A stretch of DNA of 44,540 bases. It comes from Thermoplasmata archaeon. GTDB lineage: Archaea; Thermoplasmatota; Thermoplasmata; Lutacidiplasmatales; UBA184. The position numbers and the translations under genes are program-made. The notes beneath the pieces are model-generated. The model had not been told where the DNA came from. It did not search any database and was given only the letters and a program-made list of their open reading frames with translations. Shown piece by piece: positions 25,141 to 32,047 of this stretch; within the stretch, counting starts at the first letter, position 1; the number at the start of each line of letters is the position of its first letter. Location of the stretch: assembly GCA_035945735.1 (NCBI GenBank), contig DASYZY010000123.1, positions 1 to 44,540 of the forward strand. Direction: 5' to 3'.

Positions 25141-25466
25141 GCGCCGACCCCGAGCCCGGCGCGATCAGCACCTTCCTCGACATCTCGACGCACGAGACGA
25201 CCGAGGGAGGCCTGCATGTCTACTCTCTCGGGGAGAAGCTCGCCCGCAACCGAGCCGACCGGTCCCTCCGGCTCTCGGGGCTCGTTCTCTCGGTCAACTT
25301 CCTCCTCGTCTTCGTTGTTGGCGTCGCCACGCTCTACCTCGGGCTCCCGCCAGGGAACGAGAACTGGGGCGCGCTCTACAACCTCGCCCTCGGCGCAGCC
25401 GTGGGTTGGGCGGTCTCTGCCTGGGCCGCGTGGATGGTCTTCTGGCGCGGGAGGCCTGACGCGTGA
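25137..25466 (+). CDS. small 2-TM membrane protein
   Basis: GTGA overlap with the upstream gene. TM segments are LVLSVNFLLVFVVGVATLYLGL and LALGAAVGWAVSAWAAWMVFW. Confidence 0.55.
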   Translation: MSADPEPGAISTFLDISTHETTEGGLHVYSLGEKLARNRADRSLRLSGLVLSVNFLLVFVVGVATLYLGLPPGNENWGALYNLALGAAVGWAVSAWAAWMVFWRGRPDA

Positions 25467-25729
25467 GCGCAACGGCGACCCTCGACGATTGGATCCGTCC
25501 TGGAGAGGTCGTCCCTGAGATCCTCGAACTCGCGCGCAGCTCGGGCCCCGCCGGCTTCACCGTCGAAGACCTCCGCCTTCGCGGACTCTTCACCGCCAAC
25601 CTCGGCGCCCCTCTCGGACGTCTCTGCGCGCAGGGCTGGCTCCGGGTGATCGGTGACGAGCCCTCGAAGTTCCGCACCTCGAAGGGCCGCCACGTCCGCC
25701 GCTTCGCGATCGGACCGGAGGCCCCGTGA
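25463..25729 (+). CDS. small winged-helix-like protein, hypothetical
   Basis: GTGA overlap. 88 aa; FTVEDLRLRGLFTANLGAPLGRLCAQGWLRVIG resembles a wHTH recognition helix plus wing. Confidence 0.45.
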   Translation: MSATATLDDWIRPGEVVPEILELARSSGPAGFTVEDLRLRGLFTANLGAPLGRLCAQGWLRVIGDEPSKFRTSKGRHVRRFAIGPEAP

Positions 25730-25980
25730 ACCGCCCCGAGTGGATCCGGTTCAAGGAGATGGACCCGGAGTGGCAGGCGCGCGACGAGCTCGCGCGGCAG
25801 AAGTCGCGAGCAAAGGACGCAACCAAACGCCGGTACACCCGGTCGGAACGCTACCTCCGTCGAATGGCGGCGAACAAGCGGAGGAAGTACCGGGATGACC
25901 CGGTCTACCGCGAGCAGCAGAAGGCGCGCTGCCGCGAGTACGGCCGCCGTCTTCGAGCGACCCGCCGGAGCGCCCGATGA
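25726..25980 (+). CDS. small basic protein, hypothetical
   Basis: GTGA overlap. 84 aa, Lys/Arg-rich with a helical character (RQKSRAKDATKRRYTRSERYLRRMAANKRRKYR). Confidence 0.45.
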   Translation: MNRPEWIRFKEMDPEWQARDELARQKSRAKDATKRRYTRSERYLRRMAANKRRKYRDDPVYREQQKARCREYGRRLRATRRSAR

Positions 25981-26558
25981 GCGGCGCCGACTTCAAGGAC
26001 GGGAACGAGGTCCGAGATGAGGAGCGGGCGGCAATCGCCAAGCGGTTCCGATACCACGAGGACGCCTCGCCGAGCTCGGCGACCCTGGTGGTTCGTCCAG
26101 AGGTTGGCCTCGCAGAAGCCTGCGCCGTCTGGAACGATTTTTTGAAACTCCGTGACGAGATCCTCGCCGACCCGGCCTGCTTCGACATCCTCGACGGGCA
26201 CAGGGAGATGAACCGCACGGGCGCAACTCGCCTCGCACTCCCGTTCGGTCTCTCGATCCAGGAGCGCGACATCGAGGAGGGGCGAGTCGAACTCGCGGAT
26301 GAGGGCCAGTTCGACTACCGCTTCCGAGTTCGGGTCCGAGTCTCGAAGGGCGCGCGGTTCGTCGACAACATCGGCTCCTGCCGTCTCTCCGAGATCCCCG
26401 AGCGGACTCGCGACAAGGGCCACCCCGGAACGGTCGACTTCAAGCCGGGCCACGCGGTCCCGCTCTCCCAGCGCGAGCACTTCGCGCTGAGCAAGGCCTG
26501 GACGCGCGCGGTGAAGCGCGCGATCGCCGACATCCTGGGGGGTGTCGAAGCGGAGTGA
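25977..26558 (+). CDS. hypothetical protein, possible Rad52/Sak-type single-strand annealing protein
   Basis: ATGA overlap. The C-terminal REHFALSKAWTRAVKRAIADILGG resembles the conserved A..KRA...FG helix of Rad52-superfamily annealing proteins. This is a weak, motif-level call only. Confidence 0.3.
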   Translation: MSGADFKDGNEVRDEERAAIAKRFRYHEDASPSSATLVVRPEVGLAEACAVWNDFLKLRDEILADPACFDILDGHREMNRTGATRLALPFGLSIQERDIEEGRVELADEGQFDYRFRVRVRVSKGARFVDNIGSCRLSEIPERTRDKGHPGTVDFKPGHAVPLSQREHFALSKAWTRAVKRAIADILGGVEAE

Positions 26559-26561
26559 GTC

Positions 26562-26777
26562 TTGCCGGGCCGTCCGACGCTCCTTCGGACCCTCGCGTGC
26601 GCCCTGTTCGGCTGCGCCCCCGATCCGGCCACGGTCTGGGTCGCCTCGGACGGATGCCACGGGACCTTGTGCTCGCTCTGTCGCAGGTGCGGGCTGCCCA
26701 GTTGGACCCCACTCCCCGGCCAACTCGCCGGCGTCGTCGTGCAGCTGGACGCACCGCCGAGATCGTCTTCGAGGTGA
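26562..26777 (+). CDS. small Cys-rich (zinc-binding?) protein
   Basis: The TTG start lies 3 nt after the previous stop. There are 7 Cys in 71 aa, including CSLCRRC. The gene fills the gap exactly before the ASCH gene. Confidence 0.35.
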   Translation: MPGRPTLLRTLACALFGCAPDPATVWVASDGCHGTLCSLCRRCGLPSWTPLPGQLAGVVVQLDAPPRSSSR

Positions 26778-26784
26778 CCCGAGG

Positions 26785-27105
26785 ATGATCTTCACGCGGG
26801 CCAACATCGGGAAGATCTCAGCTGGTGAGAAGACCGAGACTCGGCGAATCTGGAAGAGGCCCCATGTCCGCGTCGGGGGCGTCTACAGAGTTCGGTCAAG
26901 TCGACGCCTCCCTGCGGACCCGGCTGACCCACAGATACGAGTGACCGACCTTCGCTCCGAACTCCTGGGCGAGATCACCGCAGAGGCCGTCCTTCGGGAA
27001 GGCTGCTCGAGCCTGGAGGAGTTCGTTCTCCAGTGGCAGGACCTCCACGGCGAGTGGGACCCGAAACAAGCGGTCTACATCGTCGATTTCGAGGTCGTAC
27101 CATGA
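26785..27105 (+). CDS. ASCH domain protein
   Basis: The N-terminal MIFTRANIGKISAGEKTETRR matches the G-x-K-T-x-E-x-R ASCH motif. The C-terminal part is EAVLREGCSSLEEFVLQWQDLHG. 106 aa. Confidence 0.6.
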   Translation: MIFTRANIGKISAGEKTETRRIWKRPHVRVGGVYRVRSSRRLPADPADPQIRVTDLRSELLGEITAEAVLREGCSSLEEFVLQWQDLHGEWDPKQAVYIVDFEVVP

Positions 27106-27491
27106 CCGACCCGTGGGACAACGAACTCGCCGAGTACGAGGCTGCTCGAGTCGCATTCGAGGCGAAGCACAAGCAGGAAGGCGCGGTCTTCTCCCGGGCA
27201 ACCGCCGTCGCGAAGGCCGACGCCGCGACAGCCTCGACGCGGATCGAGGCCGAGTACTCGAACAAGGTCCGCGAAGCGAAGTCGGAACTCGCCGCGACCG
27301 CCCGTCGAGTGAAGGCTCAACTCGCCGACTTCCGGCTCACACGCGACGCGCTGCTACGGGCGGAGTCTCGGAAGCTGGACGGGCTGCTCGCACCAGCGAG
27401 GCAGGCCAGGTCGATGGCGCTGACGGACCTTCGCAAGGCCAAGGACGAGGCCTGGGCCCGTTACAAAGCGAAGAGGTGGCCCGAGTCGTGA
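27102..27491 (+). CDS. coiled-coil protein, hypothetical
   Basis: ATGA overlap. 129 aa, Ala/Lys/Glu-rich with a heptad-like helical sequence. Confidence 0.5.
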   Translation: MTDPWDNELAEYEAARVAFEAKHKQEGAVFSRATAVAKADAATASTRIEAEYSNKVREAKSELAATARRVKAQLADFRLTRDALLRAESRKLDGLLAPARQARSMALTDLRKAKDEAWARYKAKRWPES

Positions 27492-27691
27492 TCAGCGACG
27501 TCCCTCGTCCAGCCCCCGAGCGCTGGGACCGACCTTCGGTCGAGACCCGGCGCGCATCCGACCCTTGCGGCGTCTGCGGATTCCCGATCGCCGACTCCCA
27601 GGAGGCTCTCAGCGTGCCCCACGTCGGCGGTCCCGACTCCTGGATTCACAAGGTCTGCCCGAAGGTCTCCTGCACGGGGGTCGCACGGTGA
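27488..27691 (+). CDS. small zinc-ribbon-like protein
   Basis: GTGA overlap. The motif is CGVCGFPIADSQ...HKVCPKVSC (CxxC...CxxxxC). Confidence 0.4.
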   Translation: MISDVPRPAPERWDRPSVETRRASDPCGVCGFPIADSQEALSVPHVGGPDSWIHKVCPKVSCTGVAR

Positions 27692-27846
27692 AGGCGCTCC
27701 AGGCTCATTTCTCGACGGCGCACGGCTACTGGCGCTTCAAAATCCTCAAGCAAACACAGCCGGTCGAACGGACCGATAGAAGGGCGCGCTGGCGCAGGAA
27801 GGTGAGGAGGGCAACCGTCCGTTCCGGACCCTCCGATTCCGCGTGA
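27688..27846 (+). CDS. very small basic ORF, hypothetical
   Basis: GTGA overlaps at both ends link it to the upstream gene and the integrase. 52 aa with no motifs. Confidence 0.3.
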   Translation: MKALQAHFSTAHGYWRFKILKQTQPVERTDRRARWRRKVRRATVRSGPSDSA

Positions 27847-28799
27847 CGATCGACTTTGCCCGCTACCGCTCCTGGTGCCTCGCCCAGGGCCACAGCCTAC
27901 GGACCGTCCAGAAGTCGGTCCGCTACCTCGTCCACTTCGCCGAGGACAAGGGGCTGGGGCTCGCGCCCGAGCTGCTCAACGAGGACGCGGTGATCGAGTT
28001 CGTCGCGCGCTGCCGTGAGCGAGGCACCCACCCGAAGACCCTGAACAACTACGTCCGCGAGCTCAACCTCTGGAGCCGGTTCAACCACCTCGGCTGGAAG
28101 CTGTCCTACTTCCGCCGCCACGCCCCGGTCCTGATGGATCTCCTCGGGCCCGACGACGAGGACCGTTTGCGGGCCGTTCGATTTGTCGATCCCGCGGTCA
28201 ACTCGAGGAACCGCGCGATGCTACTCCTGAGCCTCGACCAGGGGCCCCGCCGCGACGAGATGCTCCAGATGAAGCTCTCCGACCTGGTCGACACTCCGGC
28301 GGGCGGGAAGGGCGTCCTAGTGCGCCGCGGGAAGGGTGACCGCCCGCGCCTGCTCTACCTCGCCCCCGAGACGTGGCGCGAGATCTCCAGCTACGTCGAG
28401 ACCTACCGCATCCGATCGGACGCTTCAGCGCTGTTCACCGCGCGACGCGGCCCGGTCTCGTACGGCATGATGGGGAAGCTCGCGAAGGACATCGGCCGCG
28501 CCGCCGGCGTCCCGAACTTCAGTTGGCACCGCGGGCGCCACCGGATGATCGACGCGATGCTCGATCGAGGGGTCTCGCTCCCGGCAATCCAGGAGGTCGC
28601 GGGCCACTCGAAGGCCGAGACGACCGTCGCCTACGCGAGCCGCCGCGCGCTCAGGTCGCTGACCGAGCGCGAGGTACGATACTTCCAAAAGCGCCGTTTT
28701 GAGCCGATCCAGCCACGAGCCCCCGTCGAGCCGGGCGGGGACGAAGTGGCAAATGTATCCGCGAGTAGCTCGGATAGGAGTGCGGGCACCGGGATTTGA
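27843..28799 (+). CDS. int: tyrosine recombinase / integrase (XerC/D-phage integrase family)
   Basis: It has an N-terminal SAM-like core-binding domain. Catalytic-region motifs are GPRRDEML (Arg), HRGRHRMID (H-x-x-R) and GHSKAETTVAYA (His...Tyr). The last 19 nt overlap the tRNA-Gly gene. Confidence 0.9.
   Translation: MTIDFARYRSWCLAQGHSLRTVQKSVRYLVHFAEDKGLGLAPELLNEDAVIEFVARCRERGTHPKTLNNYVRELNLWSRFNHLGWKLSYFRRHAPVLMDLLGPDDEDRLRAVRFVDPAVNSRNRAMLLLSLDQGPRRDEMLQMKLSDLVDTPAGGKGVLVRRGKGDRPRLLYLAPETWREISSYVETYRIRSDASALFTARRGPVSYGMMGKLAKDIGRAAGVPNFSWHRGRHRMIDAMLDRGVSLPAIQEVAGHSKAETTVAYASRRALRSLTEREVRYFQKRRFEPIQPRAPVEPGGDEVANVSASSSDRSAGTGI
28777..28793. repeat. attR core: 17-bp perfect direct repeat GGAGTGCGGGCACCGGG
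   Basis: Identical to 10323-10339. It spans the tRNA-Gly discriminator, the 3' acceptor strand and the 3' T-stem strand, plus 4 nt downstream. Confidence 0.8.
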
Positions 28800-28854
28800 A
28801 CCCGAGTTATAGGCTTGGCAAGCCTATGTGATAACCAGACTACACTATGCCCGC
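28781..28854 (-). tRNA. tRNA-Gly: tRNA-Gly (anticodon GCC), 74 nt, no encoded CCA
   Basis: Manual cloverleaf of the reverse complement. Acceptor: GCGGGCA/UGCCCGC. D arm: GUGU...UCAC with G18G19. Anticodon stem: UAGGC/GCCUA with loop UUGCCAA. T arm: UCGGG-UUCAAAU-CCCGG. Discriminator: A. Confidence 0.92.
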
Positions 28855-28984
28855 ACCGTCGGAGGCGTTAGCTACTCCCGACACGCGGGGCCCCCGAACT
28901 TCGTCCCAATAAAACACTCCCGCCTCTCGGCGCGCGGCGAGGGGCGCTCGCCCCCGAGGGCCCAGCGCGCCCGCTTCTACGCTT

Positions 28985-29809
28985 ATGCGGCGACCGAGCT
29001 CCCCGGAGCCGGCAGCGGTCATGACGGGAGACGGAAGCGCCTGGAAACCCGGCGAGCTGGTGCTCCTCTGGGCCTCCGAGCGCGACGTCATCGTCCTGCC
29101 CCTCGAGCCCGGGCCCCGCTCGGTCGGCGGACGCGGGGTCGTCGACCTCACCCCCCTCATCGGAGCCGAGGCGGGCGGGGCCTTCGAGTGGGCCGGACGT
29201 CGGTACCGGGCGCTCCGCCCGTCGCTTGCCGACCTCTTCGCGATCCTCGACCGGCGCGCGCAGGTCGTGACCCAAAAGGACTCGGCACGATTGTTGCAGC
29301 TCGCGGGGGTCGGACCCGGAGCTCGCGTGGCCGAGGCGGGCAGCGGCAGCGGATGGCTCACCGTCGCCCTCGCCTTCGCGGTCGGGCCGACCGGGGCCGT
29401 CTACTCGTTCGATCGGCGTCCGGAGTTCCTCGACGTGGCGCGGCAGAACCTTCGCCGCGTGGGTCTCGAGGCTCGCGTGACCTTCGAGGAGCGCGACGTC
29501 GCTCGCGAGGGCTTCGCGCAGTCCGGTCTCGAGGCGATCCTCCTCGACCTTCCCGAGCCCTGGACCCTGCTCGATGGGGCGAGCCGGGCCCTCGCCCCGG
29601 GCGGACGCCTCTGCGCCTACCTGCCGACCTACAACCAGCTGGAGCGCACGGTACGGGCCTTGCGCGATGCGCGCTTTGCGGAGGTCCGGGCCGAAGAGCT
29701 CCTCCTTCGGCCCATCGAGGTGGGCGAGGGCGGGACCCGCCCCGCCTTCGAGATGCTCGGGCACACGGGGTTCCTCGTCACCAGCCGCTGGATGGGGCCG
29801 CCGTGGTGA
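28985..29809 (+). CDS. trmI: tRNA (adenine-N1)-methyltransferase TrmI (GCD14 family)
   Basis: The SAM motif is RVAEAGSGSGWLTVALA. LDLPEPW and the C-terminal HTGFLVTSR are typical of TrmI/Gcd14. An alternative ATG is at 29021. Confidence 0.8.
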   Translation: MRRPSSPEPAAVMTGDGSAWKPGELVLLWASERDVIVLPLEPGPRSVGGRGVVDLTPLIGAEAGGAFEWAGRRYRALRPSLADLFAILDRRAQVVTQKDSARLLQLAGVGPGARVAEAGSGSGWLTVALAFAVGPTGAVYSFDRRPEFLDVARQNLRRVGLEARVTFEERDVAREGFAQSGLEAILLDLPEPWTLLDGASRALAPGGRLCAYLPTYNQLERTVRALRDARFAEVRAEELLLRPIEVGEGGTRPAFEMLGHTGFLVTSRWMGPPW

Positions 29810-30564
29810 ACTCGGCCCTCTCGATCGGCGGACTCGTCGGCGTCCTGCTCTCCGGCGGGTTCGTCTACTGGCAGATCGGCCGGTACGCCGCCCCCCAGGT
29901 CCCGGAGAGCCTGTTCGACGAACGGCGCGTCTTCGTGGCCTACGCCGCCGGCCTGTTCGTGGGCGCCCCGCTCATCTTCCCGTTCCTGTTCTTCCTGATC
30001 GCGCTCCGCAACGGCGCGCCGGACAGCGCGGTCCTCGACGCCGTTCTGTTGATCGCGGGCACCGAGCTCGCGGCCTGGCTCGTGCCCCGGCTCCGCTATT
30101 TCGGGCGCGATGTCGCCGCCCCGTTCTACGCGCTCGCCCTCCGGGCGGGCGCGGCGGGCATCCTCGTGGTCGCGCTCATGACGAGCGCGTACAGCCCAAG
30201 CCCTCCGCCGGCCCTCGAAGCGCCCGTCGTCTACGCGCAAGCGATCGCCGTCGTGGCGGTTTCCACGGCGGCCGGCTATCTCGCCGTGCGCCTCCCGGCC
30301 CGGCGGGGCCTTCTCGGCGGTTCGCCCTTCGGCGCGGCGCTCTTCGCCCTCTTTGGGTACGCTCTCATCGGAGGGGCCGAGATCCTGGACCCACTGACTG
30401 GGCTCCTGGCGGCCGGTCTAGCTGTCGCGGGCGGGACGTGGGTGATCTTTCGGCTGCGCGAACCCGTGCTGGGTCGGATCCCGCCTCCGTCCGGGCCGGC
30501 GCGGGAGCGCAGCACGCCCACCGCGTACGGACGCGTCGATCGGGGCGACGGCCCGTCCTCCTGA
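29806..30564 (+). CDS. polytopic membrane protein, hypothetical
   Basis: The GTG at 29806 overlaps the TrmI stop (GTGA). About 7 hydrophobic helices. The long upstream part of ORF 28828..30564 is an off-frame shadow. Confidence 0.6.
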   Translation: MNSALSIGGLVGVLLSGGFVYWQIGRYAAPQVPESLFDERRVFVAYAAGLFVGAPLIFPFLFFLIALRNGAPDSAVLDAVLLIAGTELAAWLVPRLRYFGRDVAAPFYALALRAGAAGILVVALMTSAYSPSPPPALEAPVVYAQAIAVVAVSTAAGYLAVRLPARRGLLGGSPFGAALFALFGYALIGGAEILDPLTGLLAAGLAVAGGTWVIFRLREPVLGRIPPPSGPARERSTPTAYGRVDRGDGPSS

Positions 30565-30688
30565 GGGCGACCTAGCGTTACCCAAACAGGTTTGACCCCG
30601 TCCGCACTCGGAGCCGCCCAACTGACCGGGGGTCTCCCTCGCCGGAGCGCATCCGCTCCGGCTTCGGCGGTCTCGGCCGGTCGAGGCC

Positions 30689-32047
30689 ATGGCGAACCGC
30701 CCCCGCCCTTCCGCACCTGCCCGCCGCTCGCCTGCCCGCAGGGGCCGAAAGCCGGCCAAGCTCGCCCGGGCCGAGCGAATCCGCCGGAAGCCCCGGCGCC
30801 AGCGCCTGACCGAGCTCTCCGAGACACTCCAGTGGAGCCGACCGCCGGAACCCGCGCCGCCGACGCAGCGGGTCGGGCTCCGGCATCTCCACATCCTGAT
30901 GGTGGGCTGGGAGTTTCCCCCGTCGCACTCGGGCGGGCTCGGGGTCCACTCCTACGAGCTCGTGCGCGAGCTCAGCCGGATGGGTCATCGCGTGACCTTC
31001 CTGCTGCCGTACGGAGGAGAGTACTCCTCCGTTCCCGGCGTCGAGCTCGCCTGGCCCGGAGCGGCGCGGAAGGTCCGTCGCGGCGCCAAGACGAGCTTCG
31101 GCGCGTACGATCGACCGCTCTCGCCGAACGACGGGTTCCTGAGCACGGTGGACTCGTACACCGAGTGGATCGCGCGGTTCGAACCGGAGGCCGGCACCGA
31201 CCTCGTCCACGTGCACGATTGGTTCGGCACGGAGGGAGGCTCGCGACTCGCCAAGCAGCACCACTTGCCCATGGTCTTCACCGTCCACTCGACCGAGTAC
31301 GACCGGAGCCTCGGCCACCCGTGGGCCGAGATCCTCGGACGCGAGCAGCTCGGGATCAAGGAGGCGGACCGGATCATCGCGGTCAGCAAGCACCTGAAGC
31401 AGCAGCTCGTTGACCGGTACGGCGCGCCTCCGGACAAGATCCGGGTGATCTACAACGCCGTCCGACCACCGGAGCGGCTCGCGCGGATCCCGCCAGAGCG
31501 GCCCACCGTCCTCTACCTGGGGCGGCTCGCGGCGATGAAGGGGGTGGACACCTTCCTGCGCGCCGCGGCCCAGGTCGCGCCGCAGATCCCGAACGCGCTG
31601 TTCGTCGTCGCGGGAGAGGGTCCCGAGTACCCGCGGCTGCTCGCGCTCGCCGCGCACCTCGGCATCGCCGAGCGCACGCTGTTCCTGGGCCGCGTCACCG
31701 ATGAGGAGCGGACCTCGCTGCTCGCCCGCGCCGACGTCTTCGTGCTCCCGAGCGTGGTCGAGCCGTTCGGGATCGCCGCGCTCGAGGCGATGGCCTCTGG
31801 GGTGCCCACCATCCTGTCCAAGACGAGCGGCGTCGCCGAGGTCGCCGGCCACGCCTTCGCCGTCGATTTCTGGGACATCGATGAGTACGCGAGCCGGATG
31901 GCCGAGCTCCTGAGCTACCCCGCGCTCCGCCGCACGATGGGCGAACAGGGCCGGGAGCAGGTGCTCAGCACCGGATGGGCGGAGCGCGCTCTCGAGACGG
32001 TGGGCGTCTACCTCGACGTGCTGGGAGCGGCACGGCCCCATCGATGA
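30689..32047 (+). CDS. glycosyltransferase family 4 (glycogen-synthase-like)
   Basis: GGLGVHSYELVRELSRMGHRVTFLLP is an N-terminal GT-B motif, and EPFGIAALEAMASGVPTI is the GT4 E-x7-E region. The ~65-aa Arg/Pro-rich N-terminal extension makes the true start uncertain. Confidence 0.8.
   Translation: MANRPRPSAPARRSPARRGRKPAKLARAERIRRKPRRQRLTELSETLQWSRPPEPAPPTQRVGLRHLHILMVGWEFPPSHSGGLGVHSYELVRELSRMGHRVTFLLPYGGEYSSVPGVELAWPGAARKVRRGAKTSFGAYDRPLSPNDGFLSTVDSYTEWIARFEPEAGTDLVHVHDWFGTEGGSRLAKQHHLPMVFTVHSTEYDRSLGHPWAEILGREQLGIKEADRIIAVSKHLKQQLVDRYGAPPDKIRVIYNAVRPPERLARIPPERPTVLYLGRLAAMKGVDTFLRAAAQVAPQIPNALFVVAGEGPEYPRLLALAAHLGIAERTLFLGRVTDEERTSLLARADVFVLPSVVEPFGIAALEAMASGVPTILSKTSGVAEVAGHAFAVDFWDIDEYASRMAELLSYPALRRTMGEQGREQVLSTGWAERALETVGVYLDVLGAARPHR

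Larger units (their letters stand above)
10323..28793. mobile_element. integrated ~18.5 kb element (provirus or integrative plasmid) in tRNA-Gly(GCC)
   Basis: Direct repeats sit at both ends, and a tyrosine integrase is at the tRNA-proximal end. Content is virus/plasmid-like: RHH and Zn-finger proteins, serine recombinase, methyltransferase, membrane/glycoprotein module and P-loop NTPase. No housekeeping genes lie inside. Confidence 0.8.

Noticed and set aside
25137-27846. 4-bp start/stop overlaps (ATGA/GTGA/TTGA) as an element-specific feature
   Set aside because: The same coupling is seen in host operons (350, 2707, 5254, 5727, 29806, 32044, 38893, 40182). It reflects the genome's general operon style rather than a special property of the element.
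28828-29805. Upstream two-thirds of the 578-aa ORF 28828..30564
   Set aside because: It runs across the tRNA-Gly gene and is off-frame to TrmI, with extreme Arg/Gly/Pro content. Only the part from the GTG at 29806 (the membrane protein) is credible.
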